NCBI RefSeq assembly: GCF_009834535.1
Contig: NC_045697.1
Span: 51,276,001 to 51,340,000, forward strand
Origin: Camelus ferus
Lineage: Eukaryota
Length of the DNA: 64,000 nucleotides
Direction of reading: 5' to 3'
The notes under the pieces were generated by a model. That model was not told where the DNA came from, did no database searches, and was given only the letters and a program-made list of their open reading frames with translations. The stretch's first letter is position 1, and each line of letters opens with the position of its first letter. Position numbers and translations under genes: made by a program. Positions 12,880-26,539 of this stretch are shown here, piece after piece.

Positions 12880-13560
12880 GTGCTGTTTGAGACTTTCACT
12901 TTAGTAGGGGGACAGTACAGTTATTAACAAGTAGGTAAAAATATATAGTATGCCATACAATGATAATGATTATGGGCAGAAAAAATTGAACGGAGAAGTG
13001 CTAAGGCAGTGTTTGGGATTGGAGATCATGTTGCATTTTTAATACGGTGGTAGAATTATATATTTAATATCTACATATCACTTAAAAGGTGGCTTTTTAG
13101 CAGACCTGAAATAGATAAGGCAGTGAGTTGTGCCTGAGAGAGAAGCTGTCTTGTCAGAGGAGCAGCCGATACATAAATCTTGCAGTTGCAGCTTTAATTA
13201 ACGTTTTTAATGAAAAACAGAAAAGCCAATTTGGCTAAAGTGGAAAGAGTAAGAATAGTAGAATAGTAAGTGATGAAAACAGAGGTAAAAGGAGGAGTAT
13301 GGAATCCTACCATTGGACAGATCTTATAAGGATTTTGGTTTTTATTGTGAATGAGATTAGAGGCCAATAGAGGATTCTGAAGAGAGGAGTGACGTGATCT
13401 ACTTTCTTTTTAACAGGCTCTCCCTGGCTGCTTCTTTGAAAAGAGCCTGAAGGACAGCAAGGGTATAAGCAGGGAGACTGCGTAGGAGACTGCCATAATC
13501 TGGGCTAAAGATGATATGCTGAATCTGGGTGGTAGAGTATAGAAAAGAGGTATCCATGGA
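12880..13560 (-). mobile_element. L2 LINE fragment, approximate
   Basis: Purine-rich antisense L2-like text (gaggattctgaagagaggagtgacgtgatct...ccctggctgct...agcagggagact). Confidence 0.65.
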
Positions 13561-13664
13561 TACCTTTAGTACCTAAAGTGACAGGGCCATGTTTTAAGAG
13601 GAGGATGTAAGAACTGAAGTATATTTGAAATGAAAAGAATGTTAATTAAGAGAACTGGATTTAG

Positions 13665-13810
13665 GGGGAAGGGCGCAGTAGCTCAGTGGTAGAGTGCGTG
13701 CCTAACATTCATGAGGTCCTGGATTCAACTCCAGTACCTCCAGTAAAAATAAATAAATAAACCCGATTACCTCCCTCACCAAAAAACCAAATAAGCAACA
13801 AAAGAAAAGA
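13665..13810 (+). mobile_element. tRNA-derived SINE (camelid vic-1-like) with perfect 14-bp TSD
   Basis: A-box TAGCTCAGTGG, B-box-like GGATTCAACTCC, A-rich tail; AGAACTGGATTTAG at 13651-13664 and 13811-13824. Confidence 0.9.
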
Positions 13811-14558
13811 AGAACTGGATTTAGTGTTTTGCTAAGAATGAATTTTATCCCAAAGTGAAAGAATCCTTAGAAATGTCCATAGTTGGAATTCTTTTGGGAG
13901 GTTTACAGGGCAAACACTTTATTTTCAGTCTAATTTTCTGTTGTTTCACCACTTTTCCCACTCTCCTTTTGCTTGAATTAAGCCTTTGCCTTACCTGGAT
14001 ATTTTTCATACTTTCCCAGAACATGATGGCATAAGTAAATACTTCGAAGAAAGAATCTCCTTATCAGTTATTCATATATCAGTCAAAATTGCATGCTCAC
14101 AACTTTTCTGTCTCATTTCCCTTTACTTGATTGAAGGGCCCAGATGGGCCTTTATAATTAGTACAAGTTTTACCCATTTTATTAAATTTATAGAAATTTT
14201 CAAGTTACCGAACAAACAAGTGTAATTAAAACTTGAATTTTCTTCATGTGGTTTTCTACACGATTTTGTTTTAAAATTTTGGTTTTTTTCCCCACTTATA
14301 GTAAATTGGACTTTATCTGTCAGTTGCATGACTGAAAACATTTTGTAATATTGATCATTTTAATTCAGTGACTTTTATATGTAGAGTTTTAAAACTCAGT
14401 GAACTGAATTGTTATATTTTCATTTTGTTATGAATAATGCTGAAATAATTTTTCTCATTTAGCACTACTCTCCAGATTAACTTCAAAAATCAATACTTAT
14501 GCTGGGCAATTTTTTAATATTTTTATATCCTGATATTACAATATTCTTTCCCTAATAG

Positions 14559-14706
14559 CCGCAGTTTGGCAGAAGCCTGTTCAGAAGGAGATGTAAATGC
14601 TGTGCGAAAGTTACTGATTGAAGGGCGAAGTGTAAATGAACACACCGAGGAAGGGGAGAGCCTCCTTTGTTTAGCTTGTTCTGCTGGATATTATGAGCTT
14701 GCACAG
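14559..14706 (+). CDS. ANKRD17: ANKRD17 exon 4 (148 nt): (N)RSLAEACSEGDV...GYYELAQ, first ankyrin repeats
   Basis: Acceptor cctaatag|CC, donor CAG|gtttgt. Confidence 0.93.
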
Positions 14707-14965
14707 GTTTGTGTTATCAAAATAAAGCTCACAGTTTTTTTGTTTTTTTGTTTTTTTTTTTGCTTTGTTTTATCTTAATCTGTCTTAAGGAAATAATAAA
14801 ACCAGCTATCAGGCTCATTTCAACAAGTAGTTTTGTTAGATACATTTTGTGTTTATTGGCTCTTTTACTATAGTATGACAAGGTAGGTGTTTACATAAAT
14901 ATGTGTATATAATAAATGTTGATGATACCATTTTCTAATGCCCTTTAAAATTTTTCTTTCATAAG

Positions 14966-15113
14966 GTTTTGTTGGCAATGCATGCAAATGTGGAAGATAG
15001 GGGAATCAAAGGTGACATTACACCTTTAATGGCTGCTGCTAATGGAGGACATGTCAAAATTGTGAAGTTGCTGCTAGCTCATAAAGCTGATGTCAATGCA
15101 CAGTCTTCAACAG
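14966..15113 (+). CDS. ANKRD17: ANKRD17 exon 5 (148 nt): VLLAMHANVEDRGIKGDITPLMAAANGGHVKIVKLLLAHKADVNAQSST(G)
   Basis: Translated by hand (absent from ORF track); acceptor cataag|GTT, donor CAG|gttatg; ankyrin TPLMAA motif. Confidence 0.94.
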
Positions 15114-16244
15114 GTTATGTATATTTCTTTTTCAGTTTTTAAATATGAACACCTTTTGGTAGTAATTAGTTCACATGAAAGTGATAATTAGTGATGCTTT
15201 TGCAATTATCGATGCTGCACATTTGTGTAAGTCTGTGCATTGGATTTAAAGTATATAGAATGTATTTTGAATTGACATTTCTCCAGTTTTGCGTGTGAGG
15301 GCAATTACTTGGCTTTGGTCCTTTTGTATTAAACACTGGCCCAATGAGAAGGACCATCCTCTTGAAAGTAGATAAGTGTAAGCTACAGCTCTTGAACCCA
15401 GGTTTCTTATTTATCAGGGGAGAAGGTAAGGGAAAATAGAATAAGAAGGATATGTAACAAAAGGCAGGTGTTATTAAATTGTGGCCTGCAGAAGAAGAAA
15501 GTATAATGAAAAATTGCGTCTTACAAGGGACATGTTAGTCTAAACCAATTTATTTTTCTTTCAAACTTGGACATAGATAGATTTGTATAAAAGCTCTAAA
15601 ATATATGAAAATATAGTTTGTGCACTTCCTTCATGTAAGACTTTCAAATTTATTTAATATTTTAAATAATTTTAAAGGTCTGCAGGTTCTAGTTTAAGTG
15701 GGTTTTTAGAAATTCTTATTTTTACCCAGAAGTTTACTTTATTTCTCCCTGTAACATGGGAGATGTTTAAGGGAATGTTTTTGAAATTATTTTAATTTTG
15801 ATCAGTTAACTGTTGTTTAAACTTGTAGTAAAAACAAATATGTAATTAAAAGGAACAACAGTATGAGGTATATGTATATATGATGAATAATTACAATCCT
15901 AAAAAAAAAAGCTTGGGAAACATTTCTCTGATTAAAGTTAGAATGAACATAACTTTTCTCTCATATGGAAAGTTAGCTTCAGAATTGCTCAGTGTTTTTT
16001 ATAGCTCTACAATTGTGATAAGTGTATCTGATTTTCCATATGTGTTTGACCCTGATTTTAAATTGAAAGAATAGGGAGTTGATTTCAGTAAGATTAAATG
16101 CAATGAAGAAAAGAATTATATATTTAATATCTACATTTATTAAGGTTATAGTCTCCCATTTCAGTTTTCTTCTTGATGGTATAAATAAACCTGTTTTATT
16201 TTGGTATCTTATGTTAATGTCTTTGTTTTTCTTCATTAAAATAG

Positions 16245-16478
16245 GCAACACAGCACTTACATATGCTTGTGCTGGAGGTTATGTAGATGTTGTAAAGGTG
16301 CTCTTGGAATCCGGTGCTAGTATTGAGGACCATAATGAAAATGGTCATACTCCTCTTATGGAAGCTGGAAGTGCTGGACATGTGGAAGTAGCTAGACTGC
16401 TGCTAGAAAATGGGGCTGGCATTAATACGCATTCCAATGAATTTAAAGAGAGTGCCCTTACATTAGCTTGTTACAAAG
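16245..16478 (+). CDS. ANKRD17: ANKRD17 exon 6 (234 nt): (G)NTALTYACAGG...LTLACYK(G)
   Basis: Acceptor aaatag|GC, donor AAG|gtaccg; ankyrin repeats in ORF 16079..16489. Confidence 0.95.
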
Positions 16479-17423
16479 GTACCGTATAATAAATTTTTTT
16501 TAAGTTTTTAAAGTCATGAAATGAGAGTTACTTTATATAGTATGGTTTTTCACTTAAAAAGTAAAATTAAAATGTGGTAATAGTATGTTTAGTGTTTAAA
16601 GTATTAGTGTTTAAAATGTTTCAGTTTGAAAAAGTTTAACATGTAAAGTTTATATATTAAACTTATAAAATATACACTCAGTGTTATGAATATTGTCAAT
16701 GAAAAATGAATGTCGATCCAGTTGTTTTATTAGAAACAGTTATTTAATTTTAATATTCACTATATATTTTAATGGTTTCACTTGTTGGAATATTTTGCTT
16801 GGTTCACACAAACAAATCCTATTGAATCCAGAAGTATTTAGCCTGTGAGTTTAAAGTAAATGCAATAAAAGCCAGAATGACCTCTTAACAAAAAGATGTT
16901 TAGCTATTTCTGATGATACCAGGAAGGAGAAAAATTGAAGAAAGGATATATGAGAAGAAAAATGAAAATGATGGGGAAGTTTGTATTCAAACGAACAATT
17001 TTAGAGTATTATCAGCATGTTTAATAAAGTTAGAAGAGCTGGTTGACACTGAGAACACCTACCCATATATAGCTGTACTAAGAGGGTACATGGTGTTTTA
17101 AATGGTGTCACCCCACCTGAAAATACAGAAAAATATCTTCTTTTGGAAGGACAAGGTAATTGACTGAAAAGATACTTCGTCTTCAGCTAATTAATGCCCT
17201 AGATTATAGATTCTAAAAAGATAGTCACAGAGCCAGTTTTCAGACTCAACCTTTATGATAATGGCTTTAAACTAAGAAACTTTTTAAAAAGCAAATTGCA
17301 TAAAATTTTATGTCTGCATCGCCATTCAGGTTAGCATTTCCTACGATCTGCAGCTGTGTCACGTTTGTATCATAAAATAAATGATAAGTTTTTGACCCTG
17401 AGGCATCAATAAAAAGTTCTTGC

Positions 17424-17550
17424 AAGGCAAGGTACAATATTTAAGGATGCACTCACTCTCAGTGGCTGAATCTTTACATACACAAGCTTGTAAGTGAGTA
17501 TCTCCTTAAATTTTGCACCCAGGGCTTTGATTCCCTCATCCTGGTGTTGG
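17424..17550. mobile_element. MER96-like palindromic hAT MITE
   Basis: Inverted arms 17431-17457 and 17493-17519 (22/27 complementary), matching the recalled MER96 motif aaatttaaggaggcactcactctcag. Confidence 0.7.
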
Positions 17551-19097
17551 TTTCTTTTTTTGTTTGTTTGTTTTCATTTTACTTCTGAGTGGCCAAGGTT
17601 TTGTTAGGTCTTTAGGAATAATTTCATTTAAACACATGGCTAAAATAATCCTTAAACACATAAATGACTAAAATTTAAGTTAAATATGAAAATATGCTCT
17701 AAAGGACTTCTGAGTGTCTGGTGTTACAGATAATTCAGATTAAGGGTGCTTAGGAAGCACAGCTGAGGTCTCTTACTTCTCCAGTTCTGTACACTAATTA
17801 GACAGAGGTTGGTCTTCATTGGGAGGAGAGGAAATAAGCCTTGGGGCAGCCTCTCCAGGGCAGGCTGATTGGGTGGCTCTCTCACCTTTTCACAAATATT
17901 TTTGAACCTGGAACTGGCTGTATTTTACTACTGAGACCCAGCTGGCCAGAGAACTTTGGGATGGGGCTATATATAACTACTCTTCCCTCTCTGCTTGTAG
18001 CCTTCCCCTACCCCTCTACTTTCCAAAAGGGGCATTTGAGGTTGGGGCTTGCAGGCTTTAATTAGAGAAGCTGAATATAGAACTGAGCTGGTGGAGAACA
18101 TCTCTGCTACTTCCAAGAATCTATGGAGACTCTTTCCTTTTATTTCTGGTGAGTCTCCTAGGACACAGATTGACAAGGGGAAGATTGGGAAGGGATAGAA
18201 TTCAGGCTGAGACTAGACACTGATGTGCATCTTTCGGAAGGGAGAATGAGAGGAAAGAGAGATAGTTTGTTAAAAATAAGGTAGTTATAAAAAATAAGGT
18301 GTGATAGATGCTATACTTCTCACCAAAGTTAGTTTTATTCTAACTGTTTATCTGTGAGTCCATCATCCACTCCTTCCCCTCAGTCCCAATTGATTGAGAC
18401 TTGACTGCAGCTCATTCCAGATAAAGTTGGGAAAAAATTGGTCTTTTTTTCTATTGTTTCTTGCTACTATCTGAAGCCCTTTTTAAAATATAATTTATAT
18501 GCTTTATAACTACTCATAAGGTATCTTTATGTGAACTGAAGCATATGGTTTATTTAGAACTACATAAATATGTATGTATGTTTATGTATGGGTGTATGTG
18601 TATATGTTTATATCTAAATAAATAAATGTAAATGGTGTTGTTTTGAGAATATGTTTATATATAGTTTCTAACTTAGTAGCAGGTTGTTCCTAAAATGTCT
18701 GTGAGTTAGTTATTGAAACTTGAAGCTCATTTCCTCATAGAAATAACTTCAATGATGATCATTATCCCAGGCTACTAGAACACAAAAGCTAATTTAGTCC
18801 ATAGTATAAATAATATAACTGGCATGCCTGGGCTTTTAAAAGGTTGTAGAGAGGATATTCTGGGTGTTGCATTTTAATGGCATCTTTGCTTACCTGCAGC
18901 AAGGGTTCTTCTAGTAGCAGCCATTTCTAGGGCAACAGAGTAAGGAGTAGTACAGCAAAGGTCACTTGGATAATTTGTGTTAGATAGTTGAGGGTGGCTT
19001 GTGGCTGATTTTAGTATTGTGCTAATAAATTCATTGCTATAAGTTAAATATAACTTCTCAAAATATTTTAAAGTAATCATATACACTTTTGGTTCAG

Positions 19098-19192
19098 GAC
19101 ACCTAGAGATGGTGCGATTTCTTTTGGAAGCAGGCGCAGATCAAGAGCATAAAACAGATGAAATGCACACTGCTTTAATGGAGGCTTGTATG
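19098..19192 (+). CDS. ANKRD17: ANKRD17 exon 7 (95 nt): (G)HLEMVRFLLEAGADQEHKTDEMHTALMEACM
   Basis: Translated by hand; acceptor gttcag|GA, donor ATG|gtaaga. Confidence 0.94.
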
Positions 19193-21106
19193 GTAAGACT
19201 GGTGAAATGTATACATGAAATATATTTATATGTTAGCTAGAGAGAGAGCCATTGTATAGTGAGTGCCTTCTTGGTTCAAAGATTCTGTTTATCATAGACT
19301 TATTGTGGAGCAGAACCTTAGCTATCTGAGTAGTTTTCAGAGTTAGTTGTACAACATTAACTTCTAACAGAGGTGCTTTCTGAAGCTTGACAGCACTATC
19401 TTCATTTCCGTAGTCTCACATAACTATACTGATTTTACATAATTGACACAAAAAATGACTTTTTAAATAAAACGTTTATCAAGGATATTAAAGAGAACAT
19501 AATCTGCAGAGTATGCACATAATACTAAATGTAACGTGTTCATCAAACCAGTAATTTATGAAAAATTTGAAATTAGAATATTATTTATGTTACATAATCT
19601 CCCTCTATCATGGTCTTTTCTCAGCCCTGATTTCCTTTTTTAAGAACTCTTTTTTTAGTTTGTACTTGAGAATATGTAATAGTACTCACAAACTTCTGTA
19701 TCTCGCTCTGTGACTTGTGGCACAAAAATGGATCAGAATAACATAGACAGATTTATGAGAAAAACATGCCAAAGATAAAAAAGGCCTCAGATGGATTTGA
19801 AGTTTCTTGTCTCATCTCCCCTTCAGAGAATGATTATTGAAAGGATGTTAAATTTTAATTACTAGTTAAAAAAAAAAAAAGTTAGGTATCCATTTATCAT
19901 TTTTTTTACTGCCATACCAGTGTTTGCTTCAATAAATTATTCTTTTGAACAAACAAGTTTTCTTGGAGGGTTTTAAGTTCTCCATCTGTTAAAATGAGGA
20001 TAATATCCTACTCTAGGGTTGTTGTGAGGATTAAATGACATAATGTGTGTAAAACAGATCAGTAATATCCCCATGAGAAGGAACTTAAAACGTCCTTGCC
20101 ACCCTTACTAGAGAAACGACCTGCATGTAGATTAAGAAATTAAAATGGAATGTTCTGTAGACCTAACCTGCAAGCAGTGGAGATAAGTATTATAAGTAGA
20201 TGAAAGAGAGTAGTAGGGGCCAGACATTTGGAGGCTTGCTAAGACATTAAGGTTTTAAATTGGGTATTAAAGGAAATGTAGGAGTTGACTATTTATAGAG
20301 GGAGAAAACTTATGGAGGGAGAACAGCAAAGTAACCATAGAAATAGGACATTAAAGTTGTGTAATATGGCAAGTACCAAGACAAAGATGGGCATGACATG
20401 TTCAAAAGAAGATGAAATGTCTGTGAGGTAATAAATAGAAGGAAAAAGTGTATCAAAGGAAGAAAGAAGGGAAAACAGATCCTTGGAGTTGTCAGTAGTT
20501 AGGAAAGCTGTGGGAAAGGGAGACCAGTAAAGGAAGCAGAAGATATTAAAAGAAATTCTTTTCTTTTTCTTAATTTTCACTGGCATTTGAATGTTGAGCA
20601 ACAAAAGAAGTGCTTTGTACATATTTTTTTCCCGTTTCCCTAACACAACATGCTCAATTCCCCCACTGCTCCAAAAAGTACTGCATTTTTCTTTTTCTCA
20701 CTAATCATAAATTGGCTTGTCCTTCAGGTTTCTATGAAAATCCTACCTTCCCTTTCTAAACTTTACCCTTTTAGCATTTAGGCTTATAATATGTAGTGTT
20801 GATGTTATCTCACAGTAGTCTCTTGTTTCATATACTTACTGTTTTTTTTTTTTCCTGATGGTTAATGAACTTCTTGATTGAACGTATCATTTTCTACATG
20901 TTTTATATTCTCGATCTCTACTTACTACTTTATACTAAAAGTATAGATAATTCTTAATAAGTACTTGCTTACTTAACTGTTAAATGCAGATTTGTTAATT
21001 CTTATTTGAATGTAGATCAGTAAACTTCAGTGTATAGCAACTGAAAAGTATTTTTAAACCTTTTTTTAATGGTGCTGATTTAATTTTTTGATTGCATTAT
21101 AATTAG

Positions 21107-21344
21107 GATGGCCATGTTGAAGTAGCTAGGTTACTTCTTGACAGTGGTGCCCAAGTGAACATGCCTGCTGATTCATTTGAATCACCATTGACTTTGGCTG
21201 CATGTGGTGGGCATGTGGAGCTTGCAGCTTTACTTATTGAAAGAGGAGCTAGCCTGGAAGAGGTCAATGATGAAGGTTATACACCACTGATGGAAGCAGC
21301 TCGTGAAGGACATGAAGAAATGGTGGCATTACTTCTAGGACAAG
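21107..21344 (+). CDS. ANKRD17: ANKRD17 exon 8 (238 nt): DGHVEVARLLLDSGAQVNMPADSF...ALLLGQ(G)
   Basis: Acceptor aattag|GAT, donor AAG|gtaacc. Confidence 0.95.
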
Positions 21345-22009
21345 GTAACCAATACCAGTCAAGACACTAAAGCATAAATGTGTAAGATGAAGGATTATAA
21401 TTTTATAAAAATTGTATTTCATTGATTTTTATTTCTAGTAGATTTTTAATGAGGTCCTATCACAAAAACTAAAGTATTTGCTTTGAAAGTAGCTCCCATA
21501 CTGTGCTAATAAACAAAACCAAATGAATGTCTTTAGTATAGAGCTTTTAGAGACACGTGTGCTGTGTAAATAAAAATAAGGACTAGGGCTGGGGTAGGGT
21601 TGTAGGTTATATAGGAGCGTATATGATATTCAGCATTTCTGCAGCTAATACATTGAGAGACTGACTCTTGGGGCAGAATCACTATTAATAAATATTTGAT
21701 GTATCTAGTGTTCCATAAAATGCAGTATGGGAAATCTGCCATAAGGTCTAACTAGATGAAAATGCAAGAATGCACATATAAGAGGCTGTCAAGGAGCTCA
21801 GTACACACTGGGCTTCTCTTTTGGGAAAAGTGAGTTACTTTACAGTATTAAGATACCTTAAATTTAGAAGTAATCTCCCATCTCTATCCATATTTGTAGC
21901 TTAATTTTATATCTATCATAGTAGTGAAGATTTTGTTTGGACAAATTTAAGAGGAATGGCACATTTTTTAAAAACCGTTTTTACTGAAAGGTAGTATCTA
22001 GAATACAGA

Positions 22010-22340
22010 ATTTTAAAAGCATAGTTTTTGAAGCAGACTTCTTAGATTTGAATCAAACCTACTGCTTGCTAATTTTGTTACTTGAGGCAAATTTCTAACC
22101 TCTGTACCTCAATTTTTTTCTTCTGTAGGGTTGTTGTGAGAGTATTATATATTTGTATAAAGCTTTTAGAACACTGTCATATAGTGCCTGTTAAGTATTA
22201 GCTGTGGTGATGGTGATAGTAGTGATAATTATAATGTTGTCATGACCTTGGACAAGTTAATTAACCTGAGTTTCCTTAGCTATAAAATAGAGCTAATAAT
22301 AATATGTAAAAGTGCGTTCAATATTACCTGAGAAATAATA
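22010..22340 (+). mobile_element. Two adjacent MIR fragments, approximate
   Basis: ttgaggcaaatttctaacctctgtacctcaatttt...agggttgttgtgag and tgaccttggacaagttaattaacc...gtttccttagctataaaatag. Confidence 0.7.
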
Positions 22341-22690
22341 GCATAGTCAATATTATTTATTATTATTGTCATCAACATCTTTATCTTCATTATGTTGAAT
22401 CTTTATAATGAGGGAATGTGGTTTATTTTCTAAGTTCTTGTATCACCCAGCTTTTATCTTCTGGCTGAATAAATCCTATTCCAGCAGTGTACATCAAACA
22501 GGGGTATGGTTTTGATAGTTTTTTTTTTTTTTTTAACTGTCTCCTGGAGTAGGCGAGAGGCACTTTATCATTTAGTAAAGTAATATATATGTTCACTTTT
22601 GAAGTATAGTTTATTAGGAAATAATCATGTTTTATTTATCTCTGGAATAAGTTAATGACTTTCTTTAAGTAATTAGAATCTTTATTTTAG

Positions 22691-22882
22691 GAGCAAATAT
22701 CAATGCACAGACAGAAGAAACTCAAGAAACTGCCTTGACTCTGGCTTGCTGTGGAGGCTTTCTGGAAGTGGCTGACTTTCTAATTAAGGCAGGAGCTGAT
22801 ATAGAACTAGGATGTTCTACCCCTTTAATGGAAGCTGCGCAAGAGGGCCATTTGGAGTTAGTTAAATACTTATTAGCTGCAG
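22691..22882 (+). CDS. ANKRD17: ANKRD17 exon 9 (192 nt): (G)ANINAQTEETQETALTLACCGG...YLLAA(G)
   Basis: Acceptor ttttag|GA, donor CAG|gtaggc. Confidence 0.95.
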
Positions 22883-23233
22883 GTAGGCATTTTTGCTTTT
22901 GGGAGAAGTTTTTTTAATATGATTTATATAAGTGCAAATATTATAATGCAATGTGTACAGAAAAATAATGTGATAAATTTTTGTGTGTATTCTGAATAAA
23001 TAATTTACCTATTGCTGTTTGAATTATCTGCAGCTTTAATTTTAAGCAGTAATCTATTTCTAATATTTTTCTTTTTTGCTTTTAAAGATGCTGACAATAT
23101 TTTCTATTTGTATAAATGGTTAAGGCTATTTTGTCTAATTTGAGAAGATATGGCTTATCTAGAAGAAATTTCAGTATCCACTTTTGTGTCTTGTGATTCT
23201 TTTATTAAGGCTGTGTATCTAACACTACTGCAG

Positions 23234-23343
23234 GAGCTAATGTTCATGCAACAACAGCAACAGGGGACACAGCACTAACATATGCCTGTGAAAATGGTCA
23301 TACTGATGTAGCAGATGTCTTACTTCAGGCAGGAGCAGATCTG
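23234..23343 (+). CDS. ANKRD17: ANKRD17 exon 10 (110 nt): (G)ANVHATTATGDTALTYACENGHTDVADVLLQAGADL
   Basis: Translated by hand; acceptor ctgcag|GA, donor CTG|gtaagc. Confidence 0.94.
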
Positions 23344-25197
23344 GTAAGCCATGTCACTTTCTAAACCTTAATATTTAAAACTAAGACAAGAAATTAATTT
23401 AAAATTCTATGGAGATTATAGACAAAAGGTTTTTCTTTACTTCTAATTTTATGTTGGCCTTTTTGCCATTCTTTATCTAAATTTAGGCACATTTTTTTCC
23501 CTACACTATTTGGTGTCCATTCTTTATTAGCAGTACTATCCAATTTACTACAATTTCCCCCTAAAAAAAGAGGAAATTTTGAGTTCAGTATGTTAATAAT
23601 TAATACAGATTTTCACTTAAATACTTAACTATTTTTAGAAGCTTTTCTGATTTGATATAAAAAGGCAGACATAGCTTAGAGGCATTTCACTGTAGCTTAG
23701 GAAATCAATTGTTCCTGTATCAGAGCATTATTAAATAATAAAGGAGTTAAAAAGATAAGTATTTAATAAATAACATTTTCCCTCAGATAACTAAATTTAG
23801 TAAGAAGGTTGAAAAACTGGGGTCATTATAAGATATATTATAAAAGGATGTCATAGGGAAAGTACAGAGAGTAAAGAAGCTCAGAAGAGGTGAAGACGTC
23901 ATCTCAGATGTTTTTGGGCTAGGTAAGGGTTGGAAAGGTAGGTGTTGCGATATTGTGACAAAAGAGATGCTCCAGTTGGAAGAAATAGTATGAGTACAGC
24001 CTGAGAGGTAGGGAAGAATAAAGCAGATGTGTGTGAGGAAAATAGTCTTCCAGTTTAGCCTGTGAGGGAGTAAGAAAGGTAGACTTTAGTTAAGACATAA
24101 GCATCCATGTGTTCAGTGGGGCTGAGATTAACAAGCCAATGTGTTTTCCTGTGGAAGTTCATAGTTTATAGCAGAAATTCACATGCAGGTGAAAACAGGC
24201 TCCTCCATTAACTGGTTTCTTAAACTTAAATTTTATTTAACTTCTTTTTTCTCATTTATGAGAGGAGAGGGTTAAATTAGATTACTATTGTGGTCTCTTT
24301 CTGCTCTGTGTTGGTGCAACTCTTAGAGAACTTCCGACGCACATTATATTATTCTAACTAATTACATGCATATTTCTCCTTATTAGGTTTTGAGCTTCTT
24401 CAGCCTAGCAACTTTATTTCCAGTGTTTACCACAGTGGCTGTGGAACATATAGCAATATAATCTTACTTAGTTAATTGCAATTAAAACAACTTAGTGTAT
24501 GACTTAAGAGAAAAATTATCATATGTAAAAAATATTTATATATAAAATGCTTTATAAAAGGTATTTTTTCTCAAACCTTTATACTGTAAGATTGGGACAT
24601 TTTTCCTATGCTAATAATATCAATTGTAATAATGCAATTGGTTCATCCATTCTCTTGAGACCCATAAATCTCTAGTCATATCTTGTAATTGATGGTATTA
24701 GAGATATTTAAATTATCACTAGCCTTGTTATTTTTATGAAAGCTAAAATAGAGTTAATGGGAAGTCTGTAAAGAGAGGGAGTGATGTACTTAGAGAAATT
24801 CATACAGATAGAATACACATTTACGAGAAGAAAATCAATTGCAGTAGATGAGGATAATGCCAATAATGTTGATTTTTGGAGAAGGCTGTGCTAGAGTGCC
24901 ATTCACTGTTGAAGTTCCACAATCCTTTTTGTAGAGAGAGGAAAAATTACCTGGATAGATTTAGATGAGATCATAACAATCATGTGAATATAACTCTAGT
25001 TCCTAAATTATTTCCATAGAATGTTTCTAATTTGAGATTGTTTAAATTAAAAAATGTATTCCTTAATTTGCTTCAAAGCATGTTACTTAATATATTTAGA
25101 TTCAAAAATTAGTCCAGTTCTTTTCCTTTTGATTTTCTTGAAAAAGAACAATCGTTCTCTAGAAAATAAGTATCAAGTAAATGTGTTTTTTAAACAG

Positions 25198-25285
25198 GAA
25201 CATGAGTCTGAAGGTGGAAGAACTCCTTTAATGAAAGCTGCAAGAGCTGGTCATGTTTGTACCGTTCAGTTCTTAATTAGTAAAG
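25198..25285 (+). CDS. ANKRD17: ANKRD17 exon 11 (88 nt): EHESEGGRTPLMKAARAGHVCTVQFLISK(G)
   Basis: Acceptor aaacag|GAA, donor AAG|gtaggt. Confidence 0.95.
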
Positions 25286-26539
25286 GTAGGTTTGTGTAAA
25301 GCAGTAATTTTTCCTAGAAGTGTCTATCCCCTGCCCTTGGGTATTGAGAGATTTAGAGGTAAAGGACATTTTGAGGTATCACATGGTAGAGGGATGCTGT
25401 TGAGATTTTGTGATTGCGTAGTTGATAAACATCCTACAACACATAGAATTATTCCAAAATATGAAGAGTTGACATATCAAGTACCATCTTTATTGAAAAA
25501 CATTTCAATAAAGACAAATTTCTTCTGTAAAACTTTGAGGGTTTGGATAGCTTAAAGTCTGTTCTGTTCATGTAATAATATATCTCGAAACCTGGATTTT
25601 TATAATATTTATGCCACTGATTAACTTGATGGCAAATCACTTTTCTAATTCATATTTCCTTGGGCCTAAGTCTCCTTCTTTGTAAAATATATGGAAGTGG
25701 TCATAAATATAGCACCAAAAACAAAAGTTCAAAATTGAAATGGAACAAATATGCCAAAATGCATGGAGGATTTTCATTCATGGTCATTAATTCTACTTTG
25801 AATACCAAAATCTTTAATAACAAAAGTAGCATATTATTACTTCCTTTAAATTGTTTCTTAGATGTTTACTACATAAGTTCAAGTTAAAAGTTTTTCATAA
25901 ACTTAAATATAAGAGATTAAAGATTTCATCATACTCTAAGTGTAGGAGACTAAAGATTTTACCTTTGATTCAACATGTAATCAGAGAGACTGTGTAGGTC
26001 ATATACAATTAAAAAGGCAATAAGTGCTGTTTTCTTTTTACCAAAAATACTAAAGAAATCTCAAGTTTTAATTGTTTATAGATAAATAAAATAAGTCAGA
26101 AGTAACTTGCTGGTCAAATTGCTTTAGGCTATTCGAACACTTACTTGTGGTATATGTTTATAAATAACACGTTGTATTCTCAAGAATGGAATTATTTTCA
26201 GTCATTATTGCCTCTCTTTTTTGGTTAATTTTAATAACTCTGATTTCGGTTTCTTCCTGTTATTTGATTTCTATTTCCCACATGCATAGCACAGTGCTTC
26301 AAATCAGGGATGAATTCATATTTAGGGGGAAATAGACTTGTTTTTATTCTGATATTTCCCAATAAAAATGGATTATACTACTGTTACTTTCTATTTTTTG
26401 TTAATTCTCTCCATATATTGCCCATAGAGGGCAGTGTGGTTTATTTTTACTGGTTTTTAGTCATCTTTCCCACAGAAGATATTAAAATGTGGATAAAATG
26501 TTATATTTTACTTTTTTAAAACAATGATTATATTAGGAG

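Noticed and set aside
13665..13741. tRNA-like sequence with A and B boxes (also at 27610-27683 and 57830-57905 on the - strand)
   Set aside because: Followed by A-rich tails and flanked by TSDs, with diverged stems; these are SINE heads, not tRNA genes.
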